Shown here in pieces: positions 8,817 to 17,767 of a stretch of 64,000 nucleotides of DNA. A program made the translations under genes and the position numbers. This DNA comes from a candidate division TA06 bacterium B3_TA06 (GTDB taxonomy: Bacteria; Hydrothermota; Tepidihabitantia; B3-TA06). Each line of letters starts with the position of its first letter. Within the stretch, counting starts at the first letter, position 1. The notes below the pieces were generated by a model. It was not told the origin of the DNA. It saw only the letters and a list, made by a program, of their open reading frames with translations, and did not search any database. The DNA is taken from positions 9,902 to 73,901 of the forward strand of contig NJBO01000003.1 in NCBI GenBank assembly GCA_005223075.1, written 5' to 3'.

Positions 8817-9344
8817 ATGAAATTAGAATTGGCTCTTGAGGATGTTTCCCTTCCAGAGGGCATTCCAGTCGAAAGCCGTGAAGAATATCTCAAAAACAAT
8901 AAAGTCCTCATAGTATACTGTTGGTTAGAACCAACCGATTGGTCAACAATCAAGTATGAAACACAACAAAGAATCCTAGCTAGATTAAGTCTAGGTAATC
9001 AAACGCCCTATGAAACAGGATTTACAATGCAGGCCTTTCCAGCCCCGATCTACAGACTACTCGAAAACTATCTAAATGAAGAAAACTTAGGATTTATCTA
9101 TGGTGTAAAGGAATGGAAAATGGCTCCAATCTCAAGATTCAAGCTAGTAAGTATAGAAGAAAATACTCTGATTGGCAAATGCGTTCTTCCTCTATCCATA
9201 CGAGAAGACTTAGATTTTGACTGGAAAACACTTAAAGAGGGTATCGAAACGAGAATCAATAATTCTCTCGATGAAATTCGAGAAGGTGTAGTGAACTACG
9301 TAAGCACTTGTGACCACTTTAGTGATCTCTTCAGGAATGGTTGA
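8817..9344 (+). CDS. Hypothetical protein, compositionally atypical (AT-rich)
   Basis: 175-aa ORF with SD aaaggagga; markedly lower GC than flanking nadE and dedA-like genes; no recognisable motif. Confidence 0.4.
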   Translation: MKLELALEDVSLPEGIPVESREEYLKNNKVLIVYCWLEPTDWSTIKYETQQRILARLSLGNQTPYETGFTMQAFPAPIYRLLENYLNEENLGFIYGVKEWKMAPISRFKLVSIEENTLIGKCVLPLSIREDLDFDWKTLKEGIETRINNSLDEIREGVVNYVSTCDHFSDLFRNG

Positions 9345-9385
9345 CCACCTATTTATAACAATACTTTTGAGCCACACCTTATAGG

Positions 9386-9413
9386 TTGACCTTTCCCTAA
9401 CCTCCCCTATACT
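9386..9413 (+). promoter_or_regulatory. Putative promoter TTGACC-N16-TATACT, 9 nt before start codon
   Basis: ttgacc 9386-9391, tatact 9408-9413; ATG at 9423. Confidence 0.4.
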
Positions 9414-9422
9414 TACCCCCGC

Positions 9423-10172
9423 ATGAAGAAGACCCGACCGGGTGAGGTGATAATCCTTGCCTCAGGTGCCATGGTTCTTGCCGCACTAGTCGCTTTCGTG
9501 GTCTGGCAGTGGCCCCAGATTTCCCACCTTTTCTCAAACCCCACCGAGATCCGTTCTTACATTGCCTCGTTCGGCATCTGGGCACCGGTGATCTTCGTCG
9601 CCCTTTACGTCTTCCAGATCATCGTTGCCCCGATCCCTGGCACGCTCATGAACTTCGCAGGAGGGCTTATGTTCGGCTGGGGAGGCGGGGTAGGGCTTTC
9701 CTGGATCTCCTGCGTGATAGGTGCCGCGATCTCCATCTCCATCATGAGGGCGTTTGGCCGCTCGCTCATGCGCATCTTCATCTCCGAGGAGAAGCTGGAT
9801 AGGTTCGATAAATATGTCAGGACACGAGGATGGGCATATCTGTTCCTCCTCTACATCGTCCCCAACCCACTTGGCGACACGGTAAACTACATGTCCGCGC
9901 TTTCGGATATCAAGCTGTGGAAGCTTCTTCTGATGGTTGCTGTGGGCCGTATCCCCTCGCTCATCGTGGGTAGCTGGCTGGGCAAGCAGTCAATCCACTT
10001 CTCAACCATCCACTGGATAATTCTGGCTGCGGGGTTTGTAGGACTCCTGGTAGGTGTTTACCTTATCCACAAGCCACTTGAGAACCTGGCGATGAAGCTA
10101 TCGGCAAAGCTCTTGCCGCCACAAATCAACCCCAAGCGTTCGCCACGTGACCGCGCGTGGATGCCGAAATAA
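9423..10172 (+). CDS. TVP38/TMEM64 (DedA-superfamily) membrane protein
   Basis: 249 aa, multiple TM helices, motif pattern typical of DedA/TVP38 proteins (FQIIVAPIPGTLMNFAGGLMFGWGGG). Confidence 0.7.
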   Translation: MKKTRPGEVIILASGAMVLAALVAFVVWQWPQISHLFSNPTEIRSYIASFGIWAPVIFVALYVFQIIVAPIPGTLMNFAGGLMFGWGGGVGLSWISCVIGAAISISIMRAFGRSLMRIFISEEKLDRFDKYVRTRGWAYLFLLYIVPNPLGDTVNYMSALSDIKLWKLLLMVAVGRIPSLIVGSWLGKQSIHFSTIHWIILAAGFVGLLVGVYLIHKPLENLAMKLSAKLLPPQINPKRSPRDRAWMPK

Positions 10173-10333
10173 ATCCCAACCAACCTTTGTGGTGCAGGCT
10201 CTCCAGCCTGCGCAAAACAGCGATCTTTATCCTTTCGGATCGCAAGCGTCGTCCGTAGGACGAAGGGAGCATTGAGTCTCCTCCTCCTTGATAGGGGAGG
10301 TGGCCGATCCAATGGATCGGACGGAGGAGGTGT

Positions 10334-10428
10334 TACTTCTTTTCCCCTCCCCCTTTATCCCCCTACCCTATGGGGCGCAGTAAAATTGGCGCCCCAAGGG
10401 GCACGCTGTCCACACAGGGAGGGGGAAC
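10334..10428 (+). repeat. R2 ~85-bp MITE-like element
   Basis: cccctccccctttatccccctaccctatggggcgcagtaaaattggcgccccaaggggcacgctgtccacacagggagggggaac; nested inverted repeats. Confidence 0.7.
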
Positions 10429-10554
10429 TATTATCTCGAATAAGCAAACATTCCTAAATTCCCATTGCGAACTTTTCTGTGAAGGAGAAAAGGAGCATAA
10501 ATCCGCAGATTGGAACTCCTTTCAGTCGTTCTCCTTCGGAACGCAGATCCGTAG

Positions 10555-10581
10555 GGGCACGGCACGCCGTGCCCTCTTTTT
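10555..10581 (+). terminator. Intrinsic-terminator-like hairpin with T-tract
   Basis: gggcacggc-ac-gccgtgccc followed by tcttttta; the same stem appears at 23275-23298 without a T-tract. Confidence 0.45.
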
Positions 10582-10676
10582 ATCCGCAGATTACACAGAT
10601 TTAATTGATCTTACAACTCAGAAGTTCTACTCTCGTAATATTTAATCAGCGTAATCTGCGCAATCTGCGGTTTGAA
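10581..10676 (+). repeat. R6-related element (diverged copy of the 76-bp repeat at 17389-17571)
   Basis: ccgcagattacacagatt...aatcagcgtaatctgcgcaatctgcggttt; ends immediately upstream of the purM -35. Confidence 0.5.
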
Positions 10677-10685
10677 TGTATTTTC

Positions 10686-10713
10686 TTGACAACCCTCACA
10701 ACCGCCTTATGCT
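10686..10713 (+). promoter_or_regulatory. Putative promoter TTGACA-N16-TATGCT ending 6 nt before purM ATG
   Basis: ttgaca 10686-10691, tatgct 10708-10713, ATG 10720. Confidence 0.4.
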
Positions 10714-10719
10714 TCTGGT

Positions 10720-11718
10720 ATGGATTACCGTAAGGCAGGCGTGGATATCGCGACGCTGGATAGGATCAAGAAGAGGATGTCGAGAGCGGTGAAGCGAACG
10801 TTCACCGAGAACGTGGTTACCGAGTTCGGGCACTTCGGCGGAGGGTTTCGCCTGAAGGGGTATCGCAAGCCGGTGCTTGTGGCATCGACCGACAACATCG
10901 GCACCAAGGCCAAGGTCGCGAGACTGGCAGGCATCTACAATACAATTGGCGCGGATATGGTCAATCACTCGTCCAACGACATCATGTGCACTGGTGCTAC
11001 ACCTCTCTTCATACTGGACTATCTAGCGTTCACCAAGCTTGATGCAGACTACATCGCACAGATCGTAGAAGGATTTGCCAAGGCATGTAAGAAGGAGAAG
11101 GTGGTCCTCATCGGCGGCGAGACCGCCCAGCTTCCTGGTGTTCACAAACCTGGGGACTTCGACTTGTCGGCTACCGTGGTCGGGGTTATCGAAGAAGGTA
11201 AATTGATCGACGGTAGCTCCATCAAACCTGGTGATGTGGTCATAGGGCTGCGATCAACCGGTCTTCATACCAACGGCTACAGCCTGGCAAGGAAGGTGCT
11301 TCTTGAGGGCAACGCCCCCTTCCCTCTGGACGCTCTGGTCCCGGGGACCAAAAAGACGGTGGGCCAGGCGCTTCTGGCCGTGCACAAATCCTATCGGAAA
11401 GAGGTTGAGGGGGTGAAGCCGCTTCTTAAGGGCATCGCCCACATCACCGGCGGCGGGTTCCGCGGCAACATCTCCCGAATCCTGCCGGATGATCTCGACT
11501 GCGTGATCGAGCGCAAGAGCTGGAAGGTTCCTGCTGTCTTTAAACTTATCCAGGAGCGCGGCAATGTGACCGATACCGAGGCCTACCGGGTGTTCAACAT
11601 GGGGATAGGGATGGTGCTGTTCGTAAGGTCGAAGGACGCTGAGGGGGTACGCGAGAAGACACGTGGTATCCTCATCGGCAGGATAGTGAAAGGCAAAGGC
11701 AAAGTACATCCAGCATGA
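10720..11718 (+). CDS. purM: Phosphoribosylformylglycinamidine cyclo-ligase (AIR synthetase)
   Basis: 332 aa; MDYRKAGVDIA N-terminus and PurM-type fold motifs. Confidence 0.9.
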   Translation: MDYRKAGVDIATLDRIKKRMSRAVKRTFTENVVTEFGHFGGGFRLKGYRKPVLVASTDNIGTKAKVARLAGIYNTIGADMVNHSSNDIMCTGATPLFILDYLAFTKLDADYIAQIVEGFAKACKKEKVVLIGGETAQLPGVHKPGDFDLSATVVGVIEEGKLIDGSSIKPGDVVIGLRSTGLHTNGYSLARKVLLEGNAPFPLDALVPGTKKTVGQALLAVHKSYRKEVEGVKPLLKGIAHITGGGFRGNISRILPDDLDCVIERKSWKVPAVFKLIQERGNVTDTEAYRVFNMGIGMVLFVRSKDAEGVREKTRGILIGRIVKGKGKVHPA

Positions 11719-12116
11719 ACAATCAGCTTCAAAGGCTCACGAGACTCGCCGAAATCCTGGGACGCGATCGTCGTTACAAGCTTGAGGCTTATCTCTTCGT
11801 AATCGAGGCATTGCACCATGAGCTGAAACGTCTGGGGGTGGACTCTCCAGACAAACGGCGTCACCTCACGGCCAGAGAACTTCTTGAAGGGATCAGGACG
11901 CTGGGCTGGGAGCGATACGGCCGACTGGCAAAACAGGTATTCGAGAGCTGGGGGGTTCGCTCTACTCGAGACTTCGGGGAGATAGTGTTTAACCTTATCG
12001 AGGCCGGGGAGTTTACCAAGACCGACGAGGACCGCAAGGAAGATTTTGTGGGCGTCTTCGACTTCGACCGCGATCTGGTTAACGCCTATCCTCTAGGCGA
12101 TGCATCAAAAGATTGA
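11715..12116 (+). CDS. Hypothetical protein
   Basis: 133-aa ORF overlapping purM stop by 4 nt (translational coupling); no recognisable motif. Confidence 0.4.
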   Translation: MNNQLQRLTRLAEILGRDRRYKLEAYLFVIEALHHELKRLGVDSPDKRRHLTARELLEGIRTLGWERYGRLAKQVFESWGVRSTRDFGEIVFNLIEAGEFTKTDEDRKEDFVGVFDFDRDLVNAYPLGDASKD

Positions 12117-12169
12117 CGCCGGTTTGAAGTTCTTGCCACCACAAAAAACCGGCTGAGGTTGATTCAGGG

Positions 12170-14125
12170 ATGCACGCGAGAATAGAGGCGGAGTTCACAG
12201 GACGCGGCCCGATCCTCACCAACCTCCCCAGATATGAAAAGCGCGGTGGACAGCTGGAAATGGCATTAGCGGTGGCGGACGCGCTTACCTCAGAAACCAA
12301 CCTGATGGTTGAGGCGGGCACCGGCATCGGCAAAAGCTTTGCCTATCTTGTGCCCTTGATCTACTGGACCCTCAAGGAAGGGCGCAAGGCGGTCGTCGCC
12401 ACCGGAACCAAGGTTCTGCAGAACCAGCTTGTCGCAAAAGACCTGCCCTTCCTTGCAGATCACAGCGATATACCGTTTAAGTTCGAGGTCCTCTATGGTC
12501 AGGAGAATTTTTTCTGCCGCCGCAGGGCCGGGATGGTCGCTCAGTACGGTCTTTTTGACGATCCGGACCAGGCCTCAGAGCTTGAGCGGATTGCAACCTG
12601 GGCCAGTCAAGAAAGCGGTGTCTTCGAAGACTACCAAGAACCCATCTCCCACGGACTCAAGGGACAGATAAGCCGTCGCTCCGAGGCCTGCCTTCGCCGC
12701 AACTGCACCTACTACGTCGAGTGCCCTTACTACCGCAAGCGCCGGGCAGCCGAGCAGGCCGACATCATCGTGATCAACCACCACCTGTTCTTTGCCCATC
12801 TTGAGTCGGCGGGCAAGCTTCTGCCAGAGTTCGGTGCCACTGTATTCGACGAGGCGCAACGCCTTGAGCAGATAGCCGCCTCCTACTTCGGGGTACGCTT
12901 GACCTCGATCGGGCTTTCATTGCTTTGCTCCCGTATCTACAATCCCCGCCGCGGCTCGGGGATAGCCCCCAAGCTACCCGGCTTCCCCGCACTCAAACCC
13001 AAACTGCGGGCGCTCATCGAGGAGACCCGCTTGGCGGCTGACAACTTCTTTATGAACATAGCAGGTCTGCTCAAACCCTACGAGTACAAGAAGCGCATCC
13101 GGGTTCCGGAGTGCGTACCCAACGATCTTGAGCAGCCACTTGACGATCTTTCCGGGTTCTGCTTCGAGAAGGCCAAGGACACCGACGATGAGAATCTGTC
13201 TTTTGAACTGATTTCCTTGGGTGATCGGATATCGGTGGCTAAGGGCGCGGTGGTCAGTTTTCTGGACATGGCGGATGCGAACTCGGTATACTGGATAGAG
13301 GCAAGCGACCGTAACGACCGTGTTTCGATCCACTCGGCTTTGATTGACGTTTCTGAGATGATGCGCAACTCGGTGTGGAACCAGCCCTGGACCAACATCC
13401 TGACCTCGGCTACCCTGACCGTGGGCAAGCGGTTCGAGTTTACCTGCCAGAGGATAGGATTCAACGACAGGACATTGCTTCTTGGCTCGCCATTTGATTA
13501 CGAGCAGAACGCCCTGACCTACGTAGGGCACGATCTGGTATCGCCCAAGCATGAAGCGTGGGCCGAGCGCATGCCGCAAAGGGTCGGCGAACTGCTCAAA
13601 GTAAGCGAAGGTAGAGCATTAGTCCTATTCACCAGCTACGCAACGCTAAACAAAACCGTAGAGGCTCTGGAAGAAGAGGTCTCCAAGAAGCACACCGTGC
13701 TGGTGCAAGGGCGGACTACCCGGAATGTGCTTCTCGATGAGTTCCGCTTCGACACCTCATCGGTCTTATTCGCCACCACCTCGTTCTGGGAGGGTGTGGA
13801 TATCCCCGGCGAGTCGCTGGTACTTCTCGTGATCACGCGCCTTCCCTTCGAGGTTCCTGACGATCCGCGGGCTGAGGCGATCCTTGAAGGCTATCGCAGA
13901 CAGGGAAAGGAGCCTTTTACCACCTACCAGCTGCCTTTGTCTGTCTTGAGGTTCAGGCAGGGCATCGGAAGATTGATCCGCCGCGACGACGACTACGGGG
14001 TGATAGCGGTGCTGGACTCGAGGATTGTGAAGAAAGCGTATGGAAGATTATTCTTAGATTCGATGCCACCTGCGCCGGTCGTTTTCAACCTCTTAGAAGT
14101 CCAGAGATTCTTCGAAGATCATTAA
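12170..14125 (+). CDS. DinG/XPD-family ATP-dependent helicase with Fe-S cluster domain
   Basis: 651 aa; Walker A AGTGIGKS, four Cys in FFCRRR...CLRRNCTYYVECPYY, DEAQ-type box FDEAQ. Confidence 0.8.
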   Translation: MHARIEAEFTGRGPILTNLPRYEKRGGQLEMALAVADALTSETNLMVEAGTGIGKSFAYLVPLIYWTLKEGRKAVVATGTKVLQNQLVAKDLPFLADHSDIPFKFEVLYGQENFFCRRRAGMVAQYGLFDDPDQASELERIATWASQESGVFEDYQEPISHGLKGQISRRSEACLRRNCTYYVECPYYRKRRAAEQADIIVINHHLFFAHLESAGKLLPEFGATVFDEAQRLEQIAASYFGVRLTSIGLSLLCSRIYNPRRGSGIAPKLPGFPALKPKLRALIEETRLAADNFFMNIAGLLKPYEYKKRIRVPECVPNDLEQPLDDLSGFCFEKAKDTDDENLSFELISLGDRISVAKGAVVSFLDMADANSVYWIEASDRNDRVSIHSALIDVSEMMRNSVWNQPWTNILTSATLTVGKRFEFTCQRIGFNDRTLLLGSPFDYEQNALTYVGHDLVSPKHEAWAERMPQRVGELLKVSEGRALVLFTSYATLNKTVEALEEEVSKKHTVLVQGRTTRNVLLDEFRFDTSSVLFATTSFWEGVDIPGESLVLLVITRLPFEVPDDPRAEAILEGYRRQGKEPFTTYQLPLSVLRFRQGIGRLIRRDDDYGVIAVLDSRIVKKAYGRLFLDSMPPAPVVFNLLEVQRFFEDH

Positions 14126-14129
14126 AATC

Positions 14130-14165
14130 GGGGTCCCCGCGCGATAGTAAAGCGACCGCGTGGGG
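14130..14165 (+). repeat. R1 hairpin repeat
   Basis: ggggtccccgcgcgatagtaaagcgaccgcgtgggg, 5 nt after helicase stop. Confidence 0.7.
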
Positions 14166-14360
14166 CGTTAAATGTAGTGCGAACCTTCAGGTTCGCCAAG
14201 AAAGCAAGCGAGACTAAAGTCTCGCACTACATGCTAATCTGGAACAGGCAGGAGTGTCTGTTCTCTTAAATGTAATTGTATGGGCTGCTATTTGAAGTGC
14301 AGCAGTTTTCCAAAAGTCCGTTATCCTGTACCATATGCGGGCCGGTCTAAAGACCGGCCC
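14166..14360. repeat. REP-like hairpin cluster (TAAAG-loop family)
   Basis: atgtagtgcga...tcgcactacatg inverted repeat, gcgagactaaagtctcgc (14208-14225), gggccggtctaaagaccggccc (14339-14360); same family as hairpins around the IS200-like gene at 54790. Confidence 0.55.
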
Positions 14361-14404
14361 CTACGAAATCCCCCAAATATCAAGGCCCGATGTATTTCTC
14401 GTAG

Positions 14405-14432
14405 TTGACATCACCTCCCTTCATTATATTAT
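14405..14432 (+). promoter_or_regulatory. Putative promoter TTGACA-N16-TATTAT ending 5 nt before serS ATG (leaderless-type)
   Basis: ttgaca 14405-14410, tattat 14427-14432, ATG 14438; no SD present. Confidence 0.45.
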
Positions 14433-14437
14433 ACCCC

Positions 14438-15691
14438 ATGATTGATCCCAAGAAGATTCGCGAGAACCCTGATGAGATTCGCAAGCTTCTGGCACGCCGA
14501 AGGTGTCCGGTCTCGGTGGACGAAGTTCTGGCGGCAGACGAGGAGCGGAGAAAACTGCAGGCAGAACGTGATACGCTGAGGCACGATCTGAAAGAGGCGT
14601 CCGATGCCATCGGTCAGCTCAAGCGCGAGGGCAAAGATGCATCCGGGGTGATGACAAAAACCAAGAAGCTCTCTGCTAAGACCAAGGAGCTGGATGGTAA
14701 GCTCTCGGAGATCGAGGCACGCTTCGAAGAGTTACTCTGGCAGCTGCCCAACCTGCCCGATCCGGGCTCGCCGGATGAAGATACCGTACTAAGGACGTGG
14801 GGAGAAAAACCAGAATTCGACTTCCAACCCGCCGATCACGTAACCATCTGCGAGAGACTTGAGCTTTGCGACTTCCGCTACGCGGCATCTTACGCCGGTG
14901 CACGTTTTGCCGCCTATACAGGCGATGGCGCGCTCCTCCTGCGTGCGCTGGTAAACCTCTGCCTTGATCTGCACACCAGAGAACACGGTTACAAAGAGGT
15001 CTTCCCGCCGGTATTAGCCCGTGCTGAATCGGCAAACGCCGCCGGGCAGCTTTCCAAACTTGAGGATATGTACGCGCTCAAGGACGATCCACTTTATTTA
15101 ATCCCAACCTCGGAGACAGCACTCATCAACCTGCATATGGGGCAAGAGATCAAGGAAGAAGACTTACCTCTTAAATACACCGCCTACACCTCCTGCTTCC
15201 GCCGCGAGGCAGGAACCTACGGCACCCAGACCAAAGGTCTCTTCCGCATACATCAGTTCGAGAAGGTGGAGCTTGTGCAGTTCGCGCATCCTGAGCACTG
15301 GCACCAGGCTTTCGATGAAATCCTTTCTAATGCTGAGAAGGTCCTTCAGCTTCTCGAGCTACCCTACAGGGTTAAGGCGCTCTCCCCAACCGAGGCCGCG
15401 TTCCAGGCATCACTCACCTACGACATCGACGTGTGGGCTGCAGGTGCCGAAGATTGGCTAGAGGTCTCCTCGATCTCCAATTGCGCCGACTTCCAGGCAC
15501 GTCGCAACAAGACGCGGCTGAGGCTCGCAGACGGCAGCTTGATCCATCCACACATACTCAACGGTTCGGGCACCGCGTTCCCCAGGCTCATCATCGCAAT
15601 CGTCGAGAACTACCAGCAAGCGGACGGCAGCATAAAAGTGCCTGACGCTCTGCGTCCCTACATGGACGGCAAGGAGCATCTGGGCAGATGA
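14438..15691 (+). CDS. serS: Seryl-tRNA synthetase
   Basis: Start placed at ATG 14438 (MIDPKKIRENPDE, typical SerS N-terminus); ORF-track start 14405 is an upstream in-frame TTG lying in the promoter. Confidence 0.9.
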   Translation: MIDPKKIRENPDEIRKLLARRRCPVSVDEVLAADEERRKLQAERDTLRHDLKEASDAIGQLKREGKDASGVMTKTKKLSAKTKELDGKLSEIEARFEELLWQLPNLPDPGSPDEDTVLRTWGEKPEFDFQPADHVTICERLELCDFRYAASYAGARFAAYTGDGALLLRALVNLCLDLHTREHGYKEVFPPVLARAESANAAGQLSKLEDMYALKDDPLYLIPTSETALINLHMGQEIKEEDLPLKYTAYTSCFRREAGTYGTQTKGLFRIHQFEKVELVQFAHPEHWHQAFDEILSNAEKVLQLLELPYRVKALSPTEAAFQASLTYDIDVWAAGAEDWLEVSSISNCADFQARRNKTRLRLADGSLIHPHILNGSGTAFPRLIIAIVENYQQADGSIKVPDALRPYMDGKEHLGR

Positions 15692-16812
15692 GTGACACCC
15701 TCTTCCCGGAGTTCTCTCAAGAGGACGAGCGCTACATGTGCATGGCTTTAGCTCTGGCAGAGAAGGGAAGGGGTCAGGTTTCGCCCAATCCCATGGTAGG
15801 TGCGGTAATCGTGAAGGAAGGTGAGGTGGTTGGCAAAGGCTATCATTCCCGCTACGGAGGGCCTCACGCCGAGGCTATCGCTATCGCCGACGCCGGGCTG
15901 CGGGCGGACGGCGCGACCCTTTATGTGAATCTCGAACCGTGCGTACACTTCGGGCGTACGCCTCCATGTGTGGAGAAGATATCCAAAGCCCGTATCCTGA
16001 GGGTAGTGATCGCCATAAAAGACCCGGACAGGCTGGTTAACGGCAAAGGCATAGAGTACCTGCGCCGCTCACACATTCATGTGGATGTAGGGCTTTTAGA
16101 AGACGAAGCTCGCGCGTTGAACCAGGCCTATTTCAAGCACCGCGAGACGGGCTTGCCCTTGATTATCCTTAAGCTCGCTACCACACTCGACGGGAAGCTA
16201 GCTACTTCTACAGGCGACTCCAGGTGGATCACAGACGAGGAGGCGCGGCGTTACTCGCATCAACTGAGGACCGAGTCCGACGCGGTGATGGTAGGCATTG
16301 GAACCGTTTTGGCCGACAACCCCCAGCTTACCGTGAGGCTAGTAACCGGGCGCAATCCCCTCAAGGTGATACTCGACACCAAGCTTAAGATGCCTGCCGA
16401 TGCCAAGGTGTTCGATGAAGGCAAAACATTGATTTTCACATCACGCGAATCGCTTGCTCGAAGAGAAAGTTACGATGCGGCAAAGGTTTCGTTCGCAGCG
16501 GTCGACCTGACTGAAGATGGACGGCTGAATCTTAAAAAGGTGCTGAAAGAGCTGGGGAGAAGGCAGATCGCCCAGCTCCTGGTTGAAGGCGGCGGCATGC
16601 TTGCCTCCGAGCTGCTGCGTCAGGGCCTTGTGGATCGCTTCATCTGCTGCATCAACCTCTCGTTCCTCGGCAAAGGAATCGGCTACACCGACACCATTGA
16701 GTACTCCAACATCAACGAACGAATCTGTCTTAAAGACGTGAAGGTTTCCTGGCTGGGTAAAGATCTAAGACTCGAGGCGCGACCTTGTTTACCGGCATCA
16801 TCGAGGAAGTAG
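15688..16812 (+). CDS. ribD: Bifunctional riboflavin biosynthesis deaminase/reductase
   Basis: 374 aa; deaminase zinc motif HAE...PCVHFGRTPPC plus C-terminal reductase domain. Confidence 0.9.
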   Translation: MSDTLFPEFSQEDERYMCMALALAEKGRGQVSPNPMVGAVIVKEGEVVGKGYHSRYGGPHAEAIAIADAGLRADGATLYVNLEPCVHFGRTPPCVEKISKARILRVVIAIKDPDRLVNGKGIEYLRRSHIHVDVGLLEDEARALNQAYFKHRETGLPLIILKLATTLDGKLATSTGDSRWITDEEARRYSHQLRTESDAVMVGIGTVLADNPQLTVRLVTGRNPLKVILDTKLKMPADAKVFDEGKTLIFTSRESLARRESYDAAKVSFAAVDLTEDGRLNLKKVLKELGRRQIAQLLVEGGGMLASELLRQGLVDRFICCINLSFLGKGIGYTDTIEYSNINERICLKDVKVSWLGKDLRLEARPCLPASSRK

Positions 16813-17366
16813 GCACCCTTCGCAGGGTCACCAGTCGAGGAGATAACAAGATCCTTGAGATTGAAACGAGTTTGGAGCTGAGCGAGGGTGACAGCTTGGC
16901 GGTGAGCGGTGCGTGCCTGACTGTGATCAAGGTTGAACCAGGATTCCTGAAGGCAGAGGCGACAGGAGAAACGATCAAAAGGACGATACTCGGCGATCTG
17001 CACGCAGGCTCACGGATCAATCTGGAGAGGGCGCTGACATTGCAGAAGCCCTTGGGAGGCCATCTGGTGCAGGGGCACGTGGATGAGGTGGGTAAGGTTG
17101 CCGCGCTCAAGAAGACTCAAGACGCATGGCATATAGAGGTGGCGTTCTCACGCGAAGCGGATGGTCTGGTGGTTGATCAGGGCTCTGTTGCCATTGATGG
17201 TGTTAGCCTCACGGTGTTAAAAAAATTGCCTGGGCCAAAACTCACCGTTAACCTGATCCCAGAGACCCTGCGCAGAACCACCTTATCCGGGCTAAGGGTG
17301 GGCGATAAGGTGAACCTTGAGTTCGATATAATCGCCAAGTACGTGCGGGAACACACCCGCCCGTAA
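16785..17366 (+). CDS. ribE: Riboflavin synthase alpha subunit
   Basis: 193 aa, MFTGIIEEVGTL N-terminus; overlaps ribD; 3' end contains tandem cacccgcccgtaa duplication. Confidence 0.85.
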   Translation: MFTGIIEEVGTLRRVTSRGDNKILEIETSLELSEGDSLAVSGACLTVIKVEPGFLKAEATGETIKRTILGDLHAGSRINLERALTLQKPLGGHLVQGHVDEVGKVAALKKTQDAWHIEVAFSREADGLVVDQGSVAIDGVSLTVLKKLPGPKLTVNLIPETLRRTTLSGLRVGDKVNLEFDIIAKYVREHTRP

Positions 17367-17388
17367 CACCCGCCCGTAACACCCCTTA

Positions 17389-17464
17389 ACCGCAGATTAC
17401 GCCGATTTCGCCGATGGATCTGTTCTTTAATCCGTGTAATCTGCGAAATCTGTGGTTTATTCCT
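17389..17464 (+). repeat. R6 76-bp direct repeat, copy 1
   Basis: accgcagattacgccgatttcgccgatggat...aatccgtgtaatctgcgaaatctgtggtttattcct. Confidence 0.75.
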
Positions 17465-17495
17465 GCGGGAGCAAATCGCAAGGTAGATTCCTTTT

Positions 17496-17571
17496 ATCCG
17501 CGGATTACGCCGATTTCGCCGATGGATATATTCTTTAATCCGTGTAATCTGCGAAATCTGTGGTTTATTCC
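17496..17571 (+). repeat. R6 76-bp direct repeat, copy 2
   Basis: Near-identical to copy 1, 31-bp spacer between; ends 8 bp before the -35 at 17579. Confidence 0.75.
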
Positions 17572-17578
17572 TAAGCAC

Positions 17579-17606
17579 TTGACACGTTAAGAACGCCCGT
17601 TATACT
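17579..17606 (+). promoter_or_regulatory. Putative promoter TTGACA-N16-TATACT for the 17768-19799 operon
   Basis: ttgaca 17579-17584, tatact 17601-17606. Confidence 0.5.
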
Positions 17607-17767
17607 TGATTCCGGTTCTCTGGAGGCATCTGCGGACACGGGAACAAACGCACAAGCAACGCTAGTTGGAGCCTTAGCACAATGATACTAACTCCAATGA
17701 ATAAGCCGGCACCCCCTTGACAAGCGACAGTTTTGCCCTATTCTTAGGCATACAGAGGAGGATATGA

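Noticed and set aside
17389-17571. Possible CRISPR array (two direct repeats with a spacer)
   Set aside because: Only two copies; repeat is 76 bp with a 31-bp spacer, outside CRISPR geometry; no cas genes nearby; a third diverged copy at 10581 sits in the same position relative to a promoter
17177-17578. 133-aa minus-strand ORF
   Set aside because: Lies entirely within the R6 direct repeats and ribE 3' end; repetitive translation (QISQITRIKE twice)
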